Shown here: piece after piece, positions 52,509 through 64,000 of the stretch | Layout: every line of letters starts with the position of its first letter | Position numbering within the stretch: position 1 is the stretch's first letter | Source of the DNA: Octopus sinensis | Lineage: Eukaryota | NCBI RefSeq assembly: GCF_006345805.1 | Contig: NC_043006.1 | Location: 87,296,001 to 87,360,000 of the forward strand | Reading direction: 5' to 3' | DNA length: 64,000 nucleotides | Notes under the pieces: generated by a model | Database searches by the model: none | Seen by the model: the letters and a program-made list of their open reading frames with translations, nothing else | What the model was told of the DNA's origin: nothing | Position numbers and translations under genes: made by a program

Positions 52509-54186
52509 ACAGCAACAAGAACAAGGACAATAACAATAGTATAGCAATAACAACAACAACAGTAAAACATTCATGATAGCTGCAGCAACAACAAAGAAAC
52601 AGTAACAGCAAACAATAATTAAACAAAGTAGATTATTTGGGAATTAGTACCACATTTATGAACAGAATACCTGACTTTAACGTTATTAATGTAGAAATCA
52701 GATTTATCCACTCAAAATTTCAGTACCCTTAACTGTGTGGTAGCTTGTGCCTTCCACTATAGCTCTGGGCTGACCAAAACCTTGTGAGTAGATTTAGAAG
52801 ACAGAAACTGAAAGAAGCCCATCGTATGTACATGTATATATGTATATGTGTGTGTGTGGGAGTGTATTTCTCCCTCACCATCTATTCAGTATTGGTTTAC
52901 ATCCCCGGAACTTGATGGTTCAGCAATAAGGAACCGATAGAAGTACTAGGTTTTTAAAAATATAAGTACTAGGACCAATTCATTTGACTAAAGCCCCTTG
53001 AGCTGGTGCCTCAGGATGGTTGCAATCCAATGACAGAATCACGTAAAAGATAAAGATATCAACTTTATTTTTGTCAAAGAATGCCATGTTTGAAACTACT
53101 TCTTTTCAAGATATGTTAAGTTTATTGAGGCAATGTAACTTGACAGAATAACCATGAAATTTATGTTCATTGTGTAAGGGTTAACTAGTTAGGTTTACCT
53201 GTTTCAGTGGGCAGGTTTTTACAGGATTTTTTAGACAAATATTATAAGATGCAGAATAGGCATGATGTTACAAGTGTACCATTGACCTACAATACTAAAC
53301 TTGGAAACAGCCTACTTTGAAGAACAGTAATTTGGTTGTGAGGCCAGCAAACAACATATGTGTAGGAAGAAAAAAGAAAGAAACCTATTAGAAATTGCTG
53401 CATGTGTGGACCACATGAGTGGTATGTACTGTGCAATACAGGTCCATGTTAACCAAAGTGTCTTTTTAGTAGAATCATCATTAACATGTTAGATATAATG
53501 CCTTAGATATAATATCTGTTCCAGCTCCCTATGCTCCAAGTTAAAATTCTGTCAAGGTCAAATTTGCCTCTCATTTTTTCAAAGTACATAGATAAAGAAT
53601 AAGTCCAACGCTAGAGCTGATTCCTCTTTTCCTCTCTCTCTCTCATTCTGACTCTCTTGAAGATATTAGTTATACTCAAACAGATCTTGAGAATGATAGA
53701 CTCCACCAGGTTTACAAACGCCCATGTCATGACTACCCCTATGCCTTTGTTACAAGTTGGGAGCCCAAGGCAATGGAAGGTGTGTTAATCAACAAAGGAG
53801 CCTGCTAGGAAAAAATTAAATCACACTCTACTGTCTTAATAAACGTGGAGATGTTAGATAATGTGGTTCTAATCATAGATACCCCACGTTTGATAGCTAT
53901 AGCAGAAGACACTTGCCCAAGGTGCCATGCAGTGGGACTGAACCCAGAAGCACGTGGTTGAGATGCAAGCTTCTTACCACAAGTCACACCTGCATCTATA
54001 TTCATCTTGGATCATAAGTCTTTTAATAAAGAATGCAGTTTGTTAATCGAAAGCATGCACACACTAGGAAAAAAAACTTCTTTCCAAAATAGGTTAGTGA
54101 CATCCTGATGAAATAATTTATAACATTTTTTTAAAAATCACCTTTTCACTTCAAAACTGTTTCAAGTAATTCTCATAGACTTTCAA

Positions 54187-55137
54187 ATGTATTCAAAAAG
54201 AATGAACCGATTTCATTACGCAATATTTTAATAAGGAAAAGCAATAGAAAACTCCAGCTAAGTCACAAGTATTTATTCATAATTAACTTTTATTTCCTAT
54301 CTTATAAGTGTTCAGTGTGGCCACCAACTGCAACATGGACAAAATCAATGTGATAAGAGAATTCCTCCCAGATGTGCATATCAGCATATCACAATCCACT
54401 GAGTTGATCTCTCTTGTTATTTGATGTTTAAGGTCTTCGAGGTTAGTGGGTAGTGGCGGAACATAAATGCAATCTTTTACATATAGGTGTAGGAGTGGTT
54501 GTGTGGTAAGTAGCTTGCTTACCAACCATATGGTTCCAGGTTCATTCCCACTATGTGGCACCTTGGGTAAGTGTCTTCTACTATAGCTTTGGGCCGACCA
54601 AAGCCTTGTGAGCAAATTTGGTAGACAGAAACTGAAAGAAGCCAGTCGCATATATGTATATATATGTATATGTATGTGTGTGTGTATATGTTTGTGTGTC
54701 TGTGTTTGTCCCCTCAACATCGCTTGACAACCGATGCTGGAGTGTTTATGTCCCCGTAACTTAGTGATTTGGCAAAAGAGACCGATAGAATAAGTACTAG
54801 GCTTACAAAGAATAAGTCCTGGGGTTGATTTGCTCGACTAAAGGCAGAGCTCCAGCATGGCCACAGTCAAATGACTGAAACAAGTAAAAGAGTAAAGAGA
54901 GTATATCTCCACAAGAAAGAAAATCACACACACAGTGGATTGTGATATGCTGATATGCACATCTGGGAGGGCTTCTCTTATCGCATTGATGTTACCCATG
55001 CTGCAGGGGGTGGCCACACTGAACACTTGTAAGACAGGAAATAAAAGTTGATTGTGACTTAGCTGGAGTTTTCTATTGCTTTTCCTTATTAAAATACTGC
55101 ATAATGAAATTGGTTCATTCTTTTTGAATAAACCTGT
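54187..55137. mobile_element. Two inverted Tc1-type right ends (transposase C-terminus plus TIR) with a CORE-SINE between them
   Basis: ~210-bp inverted arms. Minus-strand translation YVPPLPTNLEDLKHQITREINSVDCDML; right end AAACCTG|TA. Confidence 0.75.
54485..54900 (+). mobile_element. CORE-type tRNA SINE, young full-length copy
   Basis: Family layout. Confidence 0.85.
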
Positions 55138-55144
55138 ATATACA

Positions 55145-55310
55145 CGACAGGCTTCTTTAAGTTTCTGTCTACCAAATCCACTCACAAGGCTTTGGTCAGT
55201 CCGAAGCTATAGCAGAAGACACTTGCCCAAGGTGCCATGCAGTGGGACTGAACCCAGAAGCACGTGGTTGAGATGCAAGCTTCTTACCACACAGTCACAC
55301 CTGCATCTAT
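55145..55310 (-). mobile_element. CORE-type SINE, 5' half
   Basis: Head and CORE on the minus strand. Confidence 0.75.
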
Positions 55311-55632
55311 ATTCATTTATTGTTATTGCTACACTTGAAAAGACAAATGTGGTGCAATAAAGAGATAATAACAGACTGACTTAAAACTAATCTCTTCCAA
55401 TACAAACCCAGTATATATAGTTTAACACACAGTTTCACTATGCTTAAAACAAGATAGTGATAGACAGACAGAACAAGAGACAGCTAGTTAGATTGATGAA
55501 GTAGATAGATAGATAGGGAGAGAGAGAGAGAGAGAGAGATAGAGAGAGAGAGAAAGTTAGATAGAGAGACAGGTGGATAGACAGACAAATACAGATAAAC
55601 AGATAGATAAATAAATAAATAAATAAATAAAT

Positions 55633-56042
55633 AGGAGTAGGAGTGGCTGAGTGGTAAGTAGCTTGCTTACCAACCACATGGTTCTGAGTTCAGACCCACT
55701 GCGTGGCACCTTGGGCAAGTGTCTTCTACTATGGCCTTGGGCCAACCAAAGCCTTGTGAGTGAATTTGGTAGATGGAAACTGAAAGAAGCCCATTGTATA
55801 TATGTATATATATATATGTATGTGCATGTGTATATGTTTGCGTGTCTGTGTTTGTCCTCCCAACATCGCTTGACAACCGATGCTGGTGTATTTACGTCCC
55901 CGTAACTTAGTGGTTCGACAAAAGAGACTGATAGAATAAGTACTAGGCTTACAAAGAATAAGTTCTGGGTTCGATTTGCTCGACTAAAGGCGGTGCTCCA
56001 GCATGGCTACAGTCAAATGACTGAAACAAGTAAAAGAGTAAA
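55633..56042 (+). mobile_element. CORE-type tRNA SINE, full length
   Basis: Family layout. Confidence 0.85.
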
Positions 56043-56139
56043 TAGAGATAGATAGCTAGATAGATAGAGTGAGAGAGAGAGAGAGCATGAGAGAGATTAA
56101 TTGATGGATAGACAGACAGGTGGATGGAGAGATGGACAA

Positions 56140-56141
56140 AG

Positions 56142-56200
<59 letters not shown>

Positions 56201-56225
56201 CAGATAGATAGATTGATTGATTGAT
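56140..56225. repeat. (GATA)n microsatellite
   Basis: Seen directly. Confidence 0.95.
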
Positions 56226-56355
56226 AGACATACAAACAGATGGATAGACAGTCATAGGGGTAGTCATGACATTATATACCTTGGGCATTTGTAAACCTTG
56301 GGGAGCCCATCATTCTTCAGGTTTGTTTGAACACAGCTAATACCTTCAAGGGGTG

Positions 56356-56392
<37 letters not shown>

Positions 56393-59300
56393 GACAAATA
56401 GACAGAGAAGCATAGAATAGACAGGTAGAGGGAGAGAAAGAATGAGAGAGATACATGCATGAAACATATTTATTCATCAAAGCTGCCTGTCAACTCACTG
56501 TTAACTAACTGTTAATTGTAGTGTTTATTTTAAATCTGTAATGTGGGCATGGCTGCAGAACACTTACGTTACCAGTTGATCCGGGATCTTGGGCAACTGC
56601 TGCATGAGTGCACATGCATGTGTGGTGGGAGTTGCATTGCTTTTGTTAACTCCTGGTAATCCTTGAAAAGCATGTAATCAAAGATATTGCAGCTTTGACA
56701 GTCTTTCTTTTATTTTTTCAGGCAGTGTGAATCCAGGGGTGTTTTGTGTAATGTACCTTTCCCATATTTACCATGGCAGGGACATGAATAGGGATGTGAT
56801 TTGAAGGAGTATTGACTGATATTACAGGCAGGTCAAGCAAATATGTAGTGCCTCCCTCACTGACTCATGTTCCCCACCACCAACTCTCTCTCTATTTCTA
56901 TAAATACAATTAAGTGTAAATATGAAACATAACATTATTGTGTCTGTGGCAAGAATTAGAGGTCGCTTATTGTATTTCCATGAGGGCCAGCTGAATAACT
57001 AAAGAACTGTAAATATGAATTAGCCTGACACTGACTTGACTGGTCAAAGACGAAATTGACTAAGCTGATTATACTCTACATAAAAAACCATAAATTCTAC
57101 AAACAATAAGTTAATGTAATTGATTGTACATGGATCATATTAATCACAACTACAGCAGTCTTTGGATTGAGATAAGAGGTTATCAAAGAATTAAGTTCAG
57201 TTCTCTGGTTCAATGCCTCATTAGAACCAAATTGATGTAGTATCACCTCATTAGTGTATTACTAATTTAGACAAGTATTTGGCAACACACACACACAAAA
57301 GAAAACATTCAAACTTATTTATTTATCGTATTGAAGGAAGTTTCCAGTTCCCAAACAATAAGCCCTTTATAAATATGATTAACTTCAGTGACAAATGTAC
57401 TTTTCTGTGACATAAGTTTGACTGCTAATGACAAAGCTACACTGGCCCTACCTCTATCGTTTCTGTGTTACTGACACCATGTAATGTATCATATATCACA
57501 TATAACATATCAAATATTATGAAGATATGTAGCCTGTTATGGCATTTGGAACATGATTATAAGGTTGTGAGTTGAGTTCTTGGCCCTGTCAGTGCATTGA
57601 GAACTTGAGTAAGGCATTTCACTTTATGTTGCTCCAGTCTACTCAGTTGTAAGGAGTACCTATTAAGTGCTGGTGCCGCTTTCTCTCCCTCCAGCTGTCA
57701 GATCCTAGATGTCCACTAAGATGCAGGATGGCTGTGATGGTGTCTATGTCTGCTCATCACCACATAGGCACCCAAAACCATCAGCAAAAGTATAGTACAT
57801 ACTTCCAAACCATACTTGTTCACAAGTGACAATTGTCTCTTTTTAAACTAAGTATTATACAACAGTTATATATTAAGTGTCATATACCAGCTATTATATA
57901 TTCAGTACAGATTGAGAATCCAAAATTGCTGGGACTGAAAGTGTTGCATATTTCAGGGTATCTTTATATTTGCTTCTATAAAATTGGACAGCTTGAAGAT
58001 GGGAGTCAAATCTAAACACAATATCTATTTACATTTCATAATATAGTAACTGTTTTTTGATACCTTACGTAAATACCTAATACCTGTTCAGTAAAAAATA
58101 AAACATAAATGATATATGAGTACCTAAACCTTTTGATCAATAGATGACATTGTAGGTGGAGACTCATATATTATCATTTATATGGGAAATGAATGGAATG
58201 CTTGGTGTGTGTCTTGCTGTGGCTACCCACTCCTAAAAAAAAAATGGAATAGGCCTGGGTATATGATATGATTAAAAAACAGCACTTTGTACAATTTTCC
58301 ATTCATGGTGTGTCATGTCAGCATTCTAAAAGCTTACAGATTTTGGGATTTTGGAGAAAGGATTATCAACCTGTATTACATATAAAGTGTCATATATCAC
58401 TAAATTTTTCTGTCAATCCTCATCCACTATATGGATGATGAACATATGTCAGTGTTGTAATTTCCTTCAAGTACCTGCTAAACTTTTACAATAACAATCT
58501 TCATCAACCAAATGGAGCAGTCACTCACCTGCTATGAACAGCTACAATTCTGCGAAATTTGAAGAAGGATATGTTTGGCAATACAGTTCTTCATTTATAA
58601 AAATATGATGGTTACAATGCTGACCTGGGCTGAAACAATGAATGCCCTCAGCATCTTTTTTGAATTCATACTCATTATGTGCTTTCTCAGTACTGCAGTG
58701 ACTACCTGTCAGTATATTCATGTGATACAGTATGTTACATAATATATGACAGACTTCTGCAGTTTCCATCTACCACATATTCTCACAAGGCATTCATTGG
58801 ACTGGGGTTATTGTAGGCACTTGCTATATGATAGGATTGAACTTAAAACCATGAGGTTTTTAAGTAACCTTAAGCGCACAGACTTGCTTGCATGATATAT
58901 ATGTTACATATTTAAGAATAAAATTATATGAATAATATGCATTGTATAATTAATAATATGCATAAGTCTTGCTGCAGTATAACTGAGCAGGATTAGAGCA
59001 GTATCAAGTGCTTATATAGTTCTTGAAGATTTCTAAGTCGGTGATAGTAAGTCATACAAATCCACAGAAATTTGATAAGAAAGCATAAATGAAAGATACT
59101 GAATTACGTTGATAAAACTTCATTCTTTGATATATAGTGAAGATATGAGGAGGTAACAAGTTAATCTTTACATTTCTTCTTGAGATGCAAGAAATAGCAG
59201 TCAAGTATCCCAGAAAACACAGCCCTTGATCATAGACCTGTGTGTTCAAGGTAACTTAGAGTTAAATAACAATAGCATAACCTGCAGAACCTTATTGGAA

Positions 59301-60879
59301 CTTTCCAACACAACCCCACCAATAAAGAGCCTTTGCAGCTTTAAGATGTTTTCCCATTTTGAAAATATCTATTCACTAAATCAATGTAAATAGACTTGAG
59401 TAGTTTATGAGCTCCTACTTAGGAGATATTGAACATGAAAAGTAAACATTTACTAGTTTAATTCTTTAGTATTTGCACCAAGTTCACCACCCTAAAAACA
59501 AACACAAAAAAACATAAATTGCTATGGAAAGGAAATGAATATTCTTTCTTAAAAATCATCATTGATAGAAGAATGAAGTAATTTGCTTTTTTGTCAGATT
59601 ACTATTAAATCAAAGCCAACACATGCAAGAACTAAACGGAATCGGTATTTAATTGTTTAAGTACAGAATTTAGTTTGATTTAAATTGAATTAGTGATCAA
59701 CTCAGTAACTAACTGTAGAAAGAAAGAAAACAAGGTGGGAGTTGATGGAAAAGTAAAAAACAAAAAGTGGAAAAGAGAAAAGAATGAAAGATGATAAAAA
59801 AATTGGAATGAAGAAAAAATGAATGAAGAGTAAGAAATAAATGAAAAAGAATGATAAAAAACATTAAAACGAAGAACAGAACAGGAATGAAAGAAATAAT
59901 GAAAGACAGAGGGAGAGAATAAGAAAACTTTTTTTTTCTTTTAATACATTAATCCCAAGAGATATTTTATTGTTTCGTGGTTTCAGATAGCAAGTGTTGT
60001 CAAAGTTAGTGCCAATGATTAATGAATGAGCAATGGAAAATTCTAATTTGTATTGTCTTAATTCCCTCAACACTAACTCATTTCTACATCAAAATGCCGT
60101 TGTAAATTTACTCTACATCTCTTTGTGAATTAATTTCAATATTCTTCAGTTTATATGTGTGAGCTTCAGCCAATTCTTACGCCAAACACTAACCACCGCC
60201 CTCATCACCCTGAATTCCATCAGTTCAATTGAATGAAATAAATAGCTGTTGATTAGACTATAGAAATTGCTGGTAAAATTTCTCATTGTATCATCTTTGC
60301 AGAATTGATTCAAAAATTGCTTCTAACTATAAAATTAATCCAAAATAAACAATAAGTTAATAATACAGTTTCTTCAGCCATCACTTGTTACTATAGAAGT
60401 TTCAACCTGTCATTGTTTTGATGATAGAAACACCTTGTTATGATTCAGAATTATTACAATAACATCAGAACAACACAGCTTTTATACAAGACACATTTTT
60501 TTTGTTTATTTTTAGCTTAGTCAAGGGCAAAATTACAGGACCCATGACCATTTCCTAAATATCCAAGATTGGTGGAAGGAAGCTATCCTTAGAATGGAGA
60601 CCTTATCTGAACACTAAGCAGAGCAAACTCCAAAGGTACCTGAGACCCCAAAAACTTTAGAGGACATTAACATAGGCAACAAATTAAGTCTACCATTTAA
60701 AAACATAAGCAGTTCCTCTAATGTATTTCCACATGTTTTCTGTCTACTAACATTAACAAATAAAGATCTGGCCAACTTGAGACTGAGGTAGGAAATATTT
60801 GCTTGAGATGTCACATGGTGGGATTTGTTGTTGCTAGACAAACCTCTTAATCTTTCATAAGATAACCAAATATCCATCC

Positions 60880-61120
60880 ATCTTCACTGATGACTATTCC
60901 TGGTTGGGTCATGGATGTAGAATCCTCAGGTATCTCCTCCATAAGCTCCTATCAGAAGCAACCATCATTATACTTTCTGGATTCCTTGACAAGACCAACT
61001 GAGTCTGTGGATATGGTCCAATCATCTCAGTCGTGCTCTATCCCAAGGTTACTTACCAGATGGTTTACCTTGAAGAATCCTCTTGTAAATTTTTCTCATA
61101 ATCTAATCACATGTCTATAA
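60880..61120 (-). mobile_element. Old RTE-like LINE 3' end remnant
   Basis: LQGKPSGK...RARLR...LDHI...VASDRSLWR resembles RTE C-termini. Confidence 0.4.
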
Positions 61121-61363
61121 TACCGGAGCTGTGATCTCTCAATGTATAGCAGTAGTGTGTGATTTGGAGAGACTTCCTCATCTCCAAGTTTGTACCCTGT
61201 CAAGTAACATTACTCCAGAGATAACATTAGCTACATGTTGTTGTATTACACAAACAATTGGAAGGAAGTTATACAGTTTACTCACTAGATCATATAACAA
61301 CTAAATATCTGCACCAATAAATCACAAATGTCTTAAACATCAACACAATCCAAGTTCTAATTA

Positions 61364-62267
61364 TTGGGTAATCCCATAAATAATGTTGTTGTTTTTATAC
61401 TTCTTTCATTTTTCAAAATTAAGATAAACCAAGTTCTTTTTTAATCTAGAATATACTCTCCTTCATTTTCCACAATGCTCTTCCATCTATCTGGTAGACT
61501 TGCAAGGCCCCCATGGTGAAAAATACTCCTCCAGTACTGTTCTGACCTTGTCTACAGAATTCATAGTTTTTTCATCCAAATGATATCGAAGACTGCAGAA
61601 TAAATGATAGTCAGATGGGGCAATGTCCAGCGAATATGGTGAGTGGGGCATCGCTTCCCATTCAAACTGCTCCGGCCTTTGGAAGGCCATGCTTGCAGTA
61701 TGTGGCCAAGCACAACCTAATGGAAAAACACCTTTCATCTTGAAACCAAAGATGGTCGTTTTTCTTCCAGCGTTGACTTGAATGTCTGGCTGAATGACCA
61801 AATCCAAGCGTCTCTGCAAGTTCCTCAACAGTTACAATAGGATTTTGTTCCACTAAGCTTTGCAGGACATCCTTGTCAAGCTCTACAGATCTTCCAGGAC
61901 AAGGCATGCCTTCTAAGCTGTAGTTTCCAGCTCAGAATTTCTGGAACCACTGTTGACACTGGCTTACGCTTTTTGTCTGATCCCCATATACTGCATTAAT
62001 ATTCTTCATACTTTCTGTTGCATTGTTACCTTTATTGAACTCATAAAACAAATTATGCCAAATATACTCCTTTATCATTTCCATTATAGCTTTGAAAAAA
62101 TAACTGTTAAAATCGAACTTCACTCTTCAAAACTTGCACTAAGAATAAGCACAAGGTAAAATTACTACCTCCTTTTATAGAAAGTTGATGCAGGTAGTTT
62201 ATCTCATCCCCCTTTGACTTTTAGTTCATGCAATTGAAAAAACTGCATTATTTATGGGATGACTCAA
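61364..62267 (-). mobile_element. Internally deleted (904 bp) mariner of the same family as 22509-23799
   Basis: TIRs TTGGGTAATCCCATAAATAATG and TTGAGTCATCCCATAAATAATG with TA flanks. MEMIKEYIWHNLFYEFNKGNNATES and HSPYSLDIAPSDYHLF; lacks ~390 bp of the catalytic region. Confidence 0.92.
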
Positions 62268-62319
62268 TATAATAAAAATCATATACAGTTGTCTTTTTTG
62301 TAAATTTTTCAGTGGATTA

Positions 62320-62530
62320 AGGCCGTGAGCAGACAGAATTGCAAGTAGGCCAAGCAAAATGCATAGCAGCAGTTCGTCTGTCTTCACATTCATCTGTCTT
62401 TACATTCTGAATTCAAACTCGGCCAAGGTCAACTTTATCTTTGATCCTTTTGGGGTGGGGGTCAATAAAATAACTACCAATTGAGCACTGAGGTTGATGT
62501 ACTCAATTTAATCCCTCTCCTAAAATTTCA
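62320..62530 (+). mobile_element. Nin-type tRNA SINE, old copy
   Basis: GAATTCAAACTCGGCCAAGGTCAACTTT...GGTCAATAAAATAACTACC. Confidence 0.6.
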
Positions 62531-63682
62531 GTGGAGTAGCAGAATCATTAGAAGATTGTGGCTTTAAATACTGCTGAGTCTAACTTTACCTTTAATTCTT
62601 AATGGAGTTGATAAAATAAGATATCAAGGAAATACAGAGATTGATTTAAGTTGACAATACTCTTGAGTAAAATGTGTGGATTTGTGTCTATGTCAGAAAT
62701 AAATATTTCAAAATTTTATGACAATTTGAATTATAAAAACCAAATATTGTGAGTGAATGTCTGTAAAATAATATTTTGGTTTGCAGCAGCAGTTTAGTTA
62801 AAATTTACAGCTTCTTCATTTGTTCATTAATTTTGTGTACTTTTTTTTTTCTCTGCTTACAGGGGTTTGACTAATATATTATTGAAACATTGTTTTTCAG
62901 CTTGATGCTCTTTCTATAGATAATCCTTATGTGTTATTCAATAAGACATTTCTTACTCCATGCAACTTTAAAGTTTGTGAAGTGAGCAGTTGATTTGTTT
63001 ATAGGGGAACTGACTCTAACATTATCTGTACGTCCCTACTTTCATAGAAGCAAGATGTAAACAAGCACATGCATACACACACACATCCTCATTGTTTCAA
63101 TTTTCAATTTCCAGTGGGTCAGACAGAATTTGTTGGGACATATTTTCTACACACATATGTGTGCATGTATGTGCATGTGTGTATATAGTGGGAGAGAGAA
63201 AGATGGGGGAGGTGAGATAAAATTTCTTGTCTCGTGTTTAAAAGAGAAAATCTCTTGCATTGGCACCCATTCAGGTTTTGGACAAGCACAAACACACAGC
63301 CATACACACACACACAAACACGCACAGGGCTACAGTAGGAGACATTTGGTGTCACACACTAGTGCTAAATCCAGAAACACGTAGCTAAGGAACAAAGTTC
63401 CTGCCACACAGACAGGACTGTGTCTTAGAACAGAGCTTATAGAAAAACATAATAATCGGTAAGTATATAACCAGCTTCAGAAAAATTCTAATTAATAATT
63501 ATTATTAATTTGCAGTTTATGTATATCTCTTTTAGCATAACAAATGCAATAAATACAAGTTTCTTTGGGATCTTGTAAAATTTCTTTCTGACTTTTGCCA
63601 GAATATTTTTAAAAGGCATAGTTTATATGTAGTTTGAATTTATAGTTAAACAACACCTAGCTCAATGTCATATATGTATGTG

Positions 63683-63716
<34 letters not shown>

Positions 63717-63719
<3 letters not shown>

Positions 63720-64000
63720 TACTGTCAGAAATTAATTAGCACCCTTGATTTGCTCTTCACTCAAGGTATTTGCTGTCACCTAGTGGCCATATCTCGAACT
63801 ATTGCTTTGTTGCGAGTTCACTGTTGCGCAGAACGATGACGTAACTTTGTTTGCAGAGCAGTTTGAGAGTCTACAGCCTAATGATGTTGACATAGCAGTG
63901 CAACAACAACTTGGAGTGCGGATGCAGACAAATCTTCCTTTGTTTAATAGATATAGGTAGCGCCTCGCAAGGACCGAAATCACACCGTACTAAGTTTTCT
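63717..64000. mobile_element. Probable end of a young Tc1-like DNA transposon running off the window
   Basis: TA|CACTACTGTCAGAAATTAATTAGCACCC follows a (TA)n tract, and CpG content rises abruptly. Confidence 0.35.

Noticed and set aside
53200-53240. AGFYR motif
   Set aside because: Wrong strand for the aminopeptidase and followed by a stop.
54283-54720. 145-aa ORF
   Set aside because: Chance fusion of an antisense SINE reading and a Tc1 C-terminal remnant.
53692-56320. ~60-bp inverted match CATAGGGGTAGTCATGACA at 53692-53745 and 56245-56320
   Set aside because: The ends face outward, so they are best read as two separate copies of a small repeat rather than TIRs of one element.
56568-56661. 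94-nt minus-strand exon-like segment (AG...GTAAGT; LPGVNKSNATPTTHACALMQQLPKIPDQLV)
   Set aside because: Phase-compatible with the aminopeptidase exon but lacks the expected GFY/GLYxSxY content; could be chance.

Overview
AT-rich animal genomic DNA, most likely an octopus or other coleoid cephalopod. This is inferred from the repeat content, not from a database search: dense (TA)n/(CA)n microsatellites, tRNA-derived SINEs with CORE-, Nin/Deu- and V/Meta-like domains, and RTE LINEs. I can support only one host coding exon: a 274-bp minus-strand exon (18991-19264) of an ERAP1/ERAP2/LNPEP-like M1 aminopeptidase. The rest appears to be very long intron filled with decayed transposons: mariner/Tc1 elements and MITEs, a piggyBac-type MITE, a dead Helitron helicase plus non-autonomous Helitrons, RTE, CR1-like and Penelope-like retroelements, and many SINEs. 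Nearly all supplied ORFs are microsatellite or repeat artefacts. The most interesting signals are (i) a tRNA-headed SINE whose 3' part folds as a minimal type I hammerhead ribozyme, mutated in this copy (1808-1853, minus); (ii) a ~330-bp spacer-less palindrome (31489-31822) next to a double-facing Helitron terminus; (iii) a fold-back SINE insertion with a 22-bp target-site duplication; (iv) a His at the aminopeptidase S1 specificity position; and (v) several other inverted or chimeric structures that would form dsRNA in the pre-mRNA. All identities were estimated by eye, and repeat boundaries are approximate unless TSDs or TIRs are cited.
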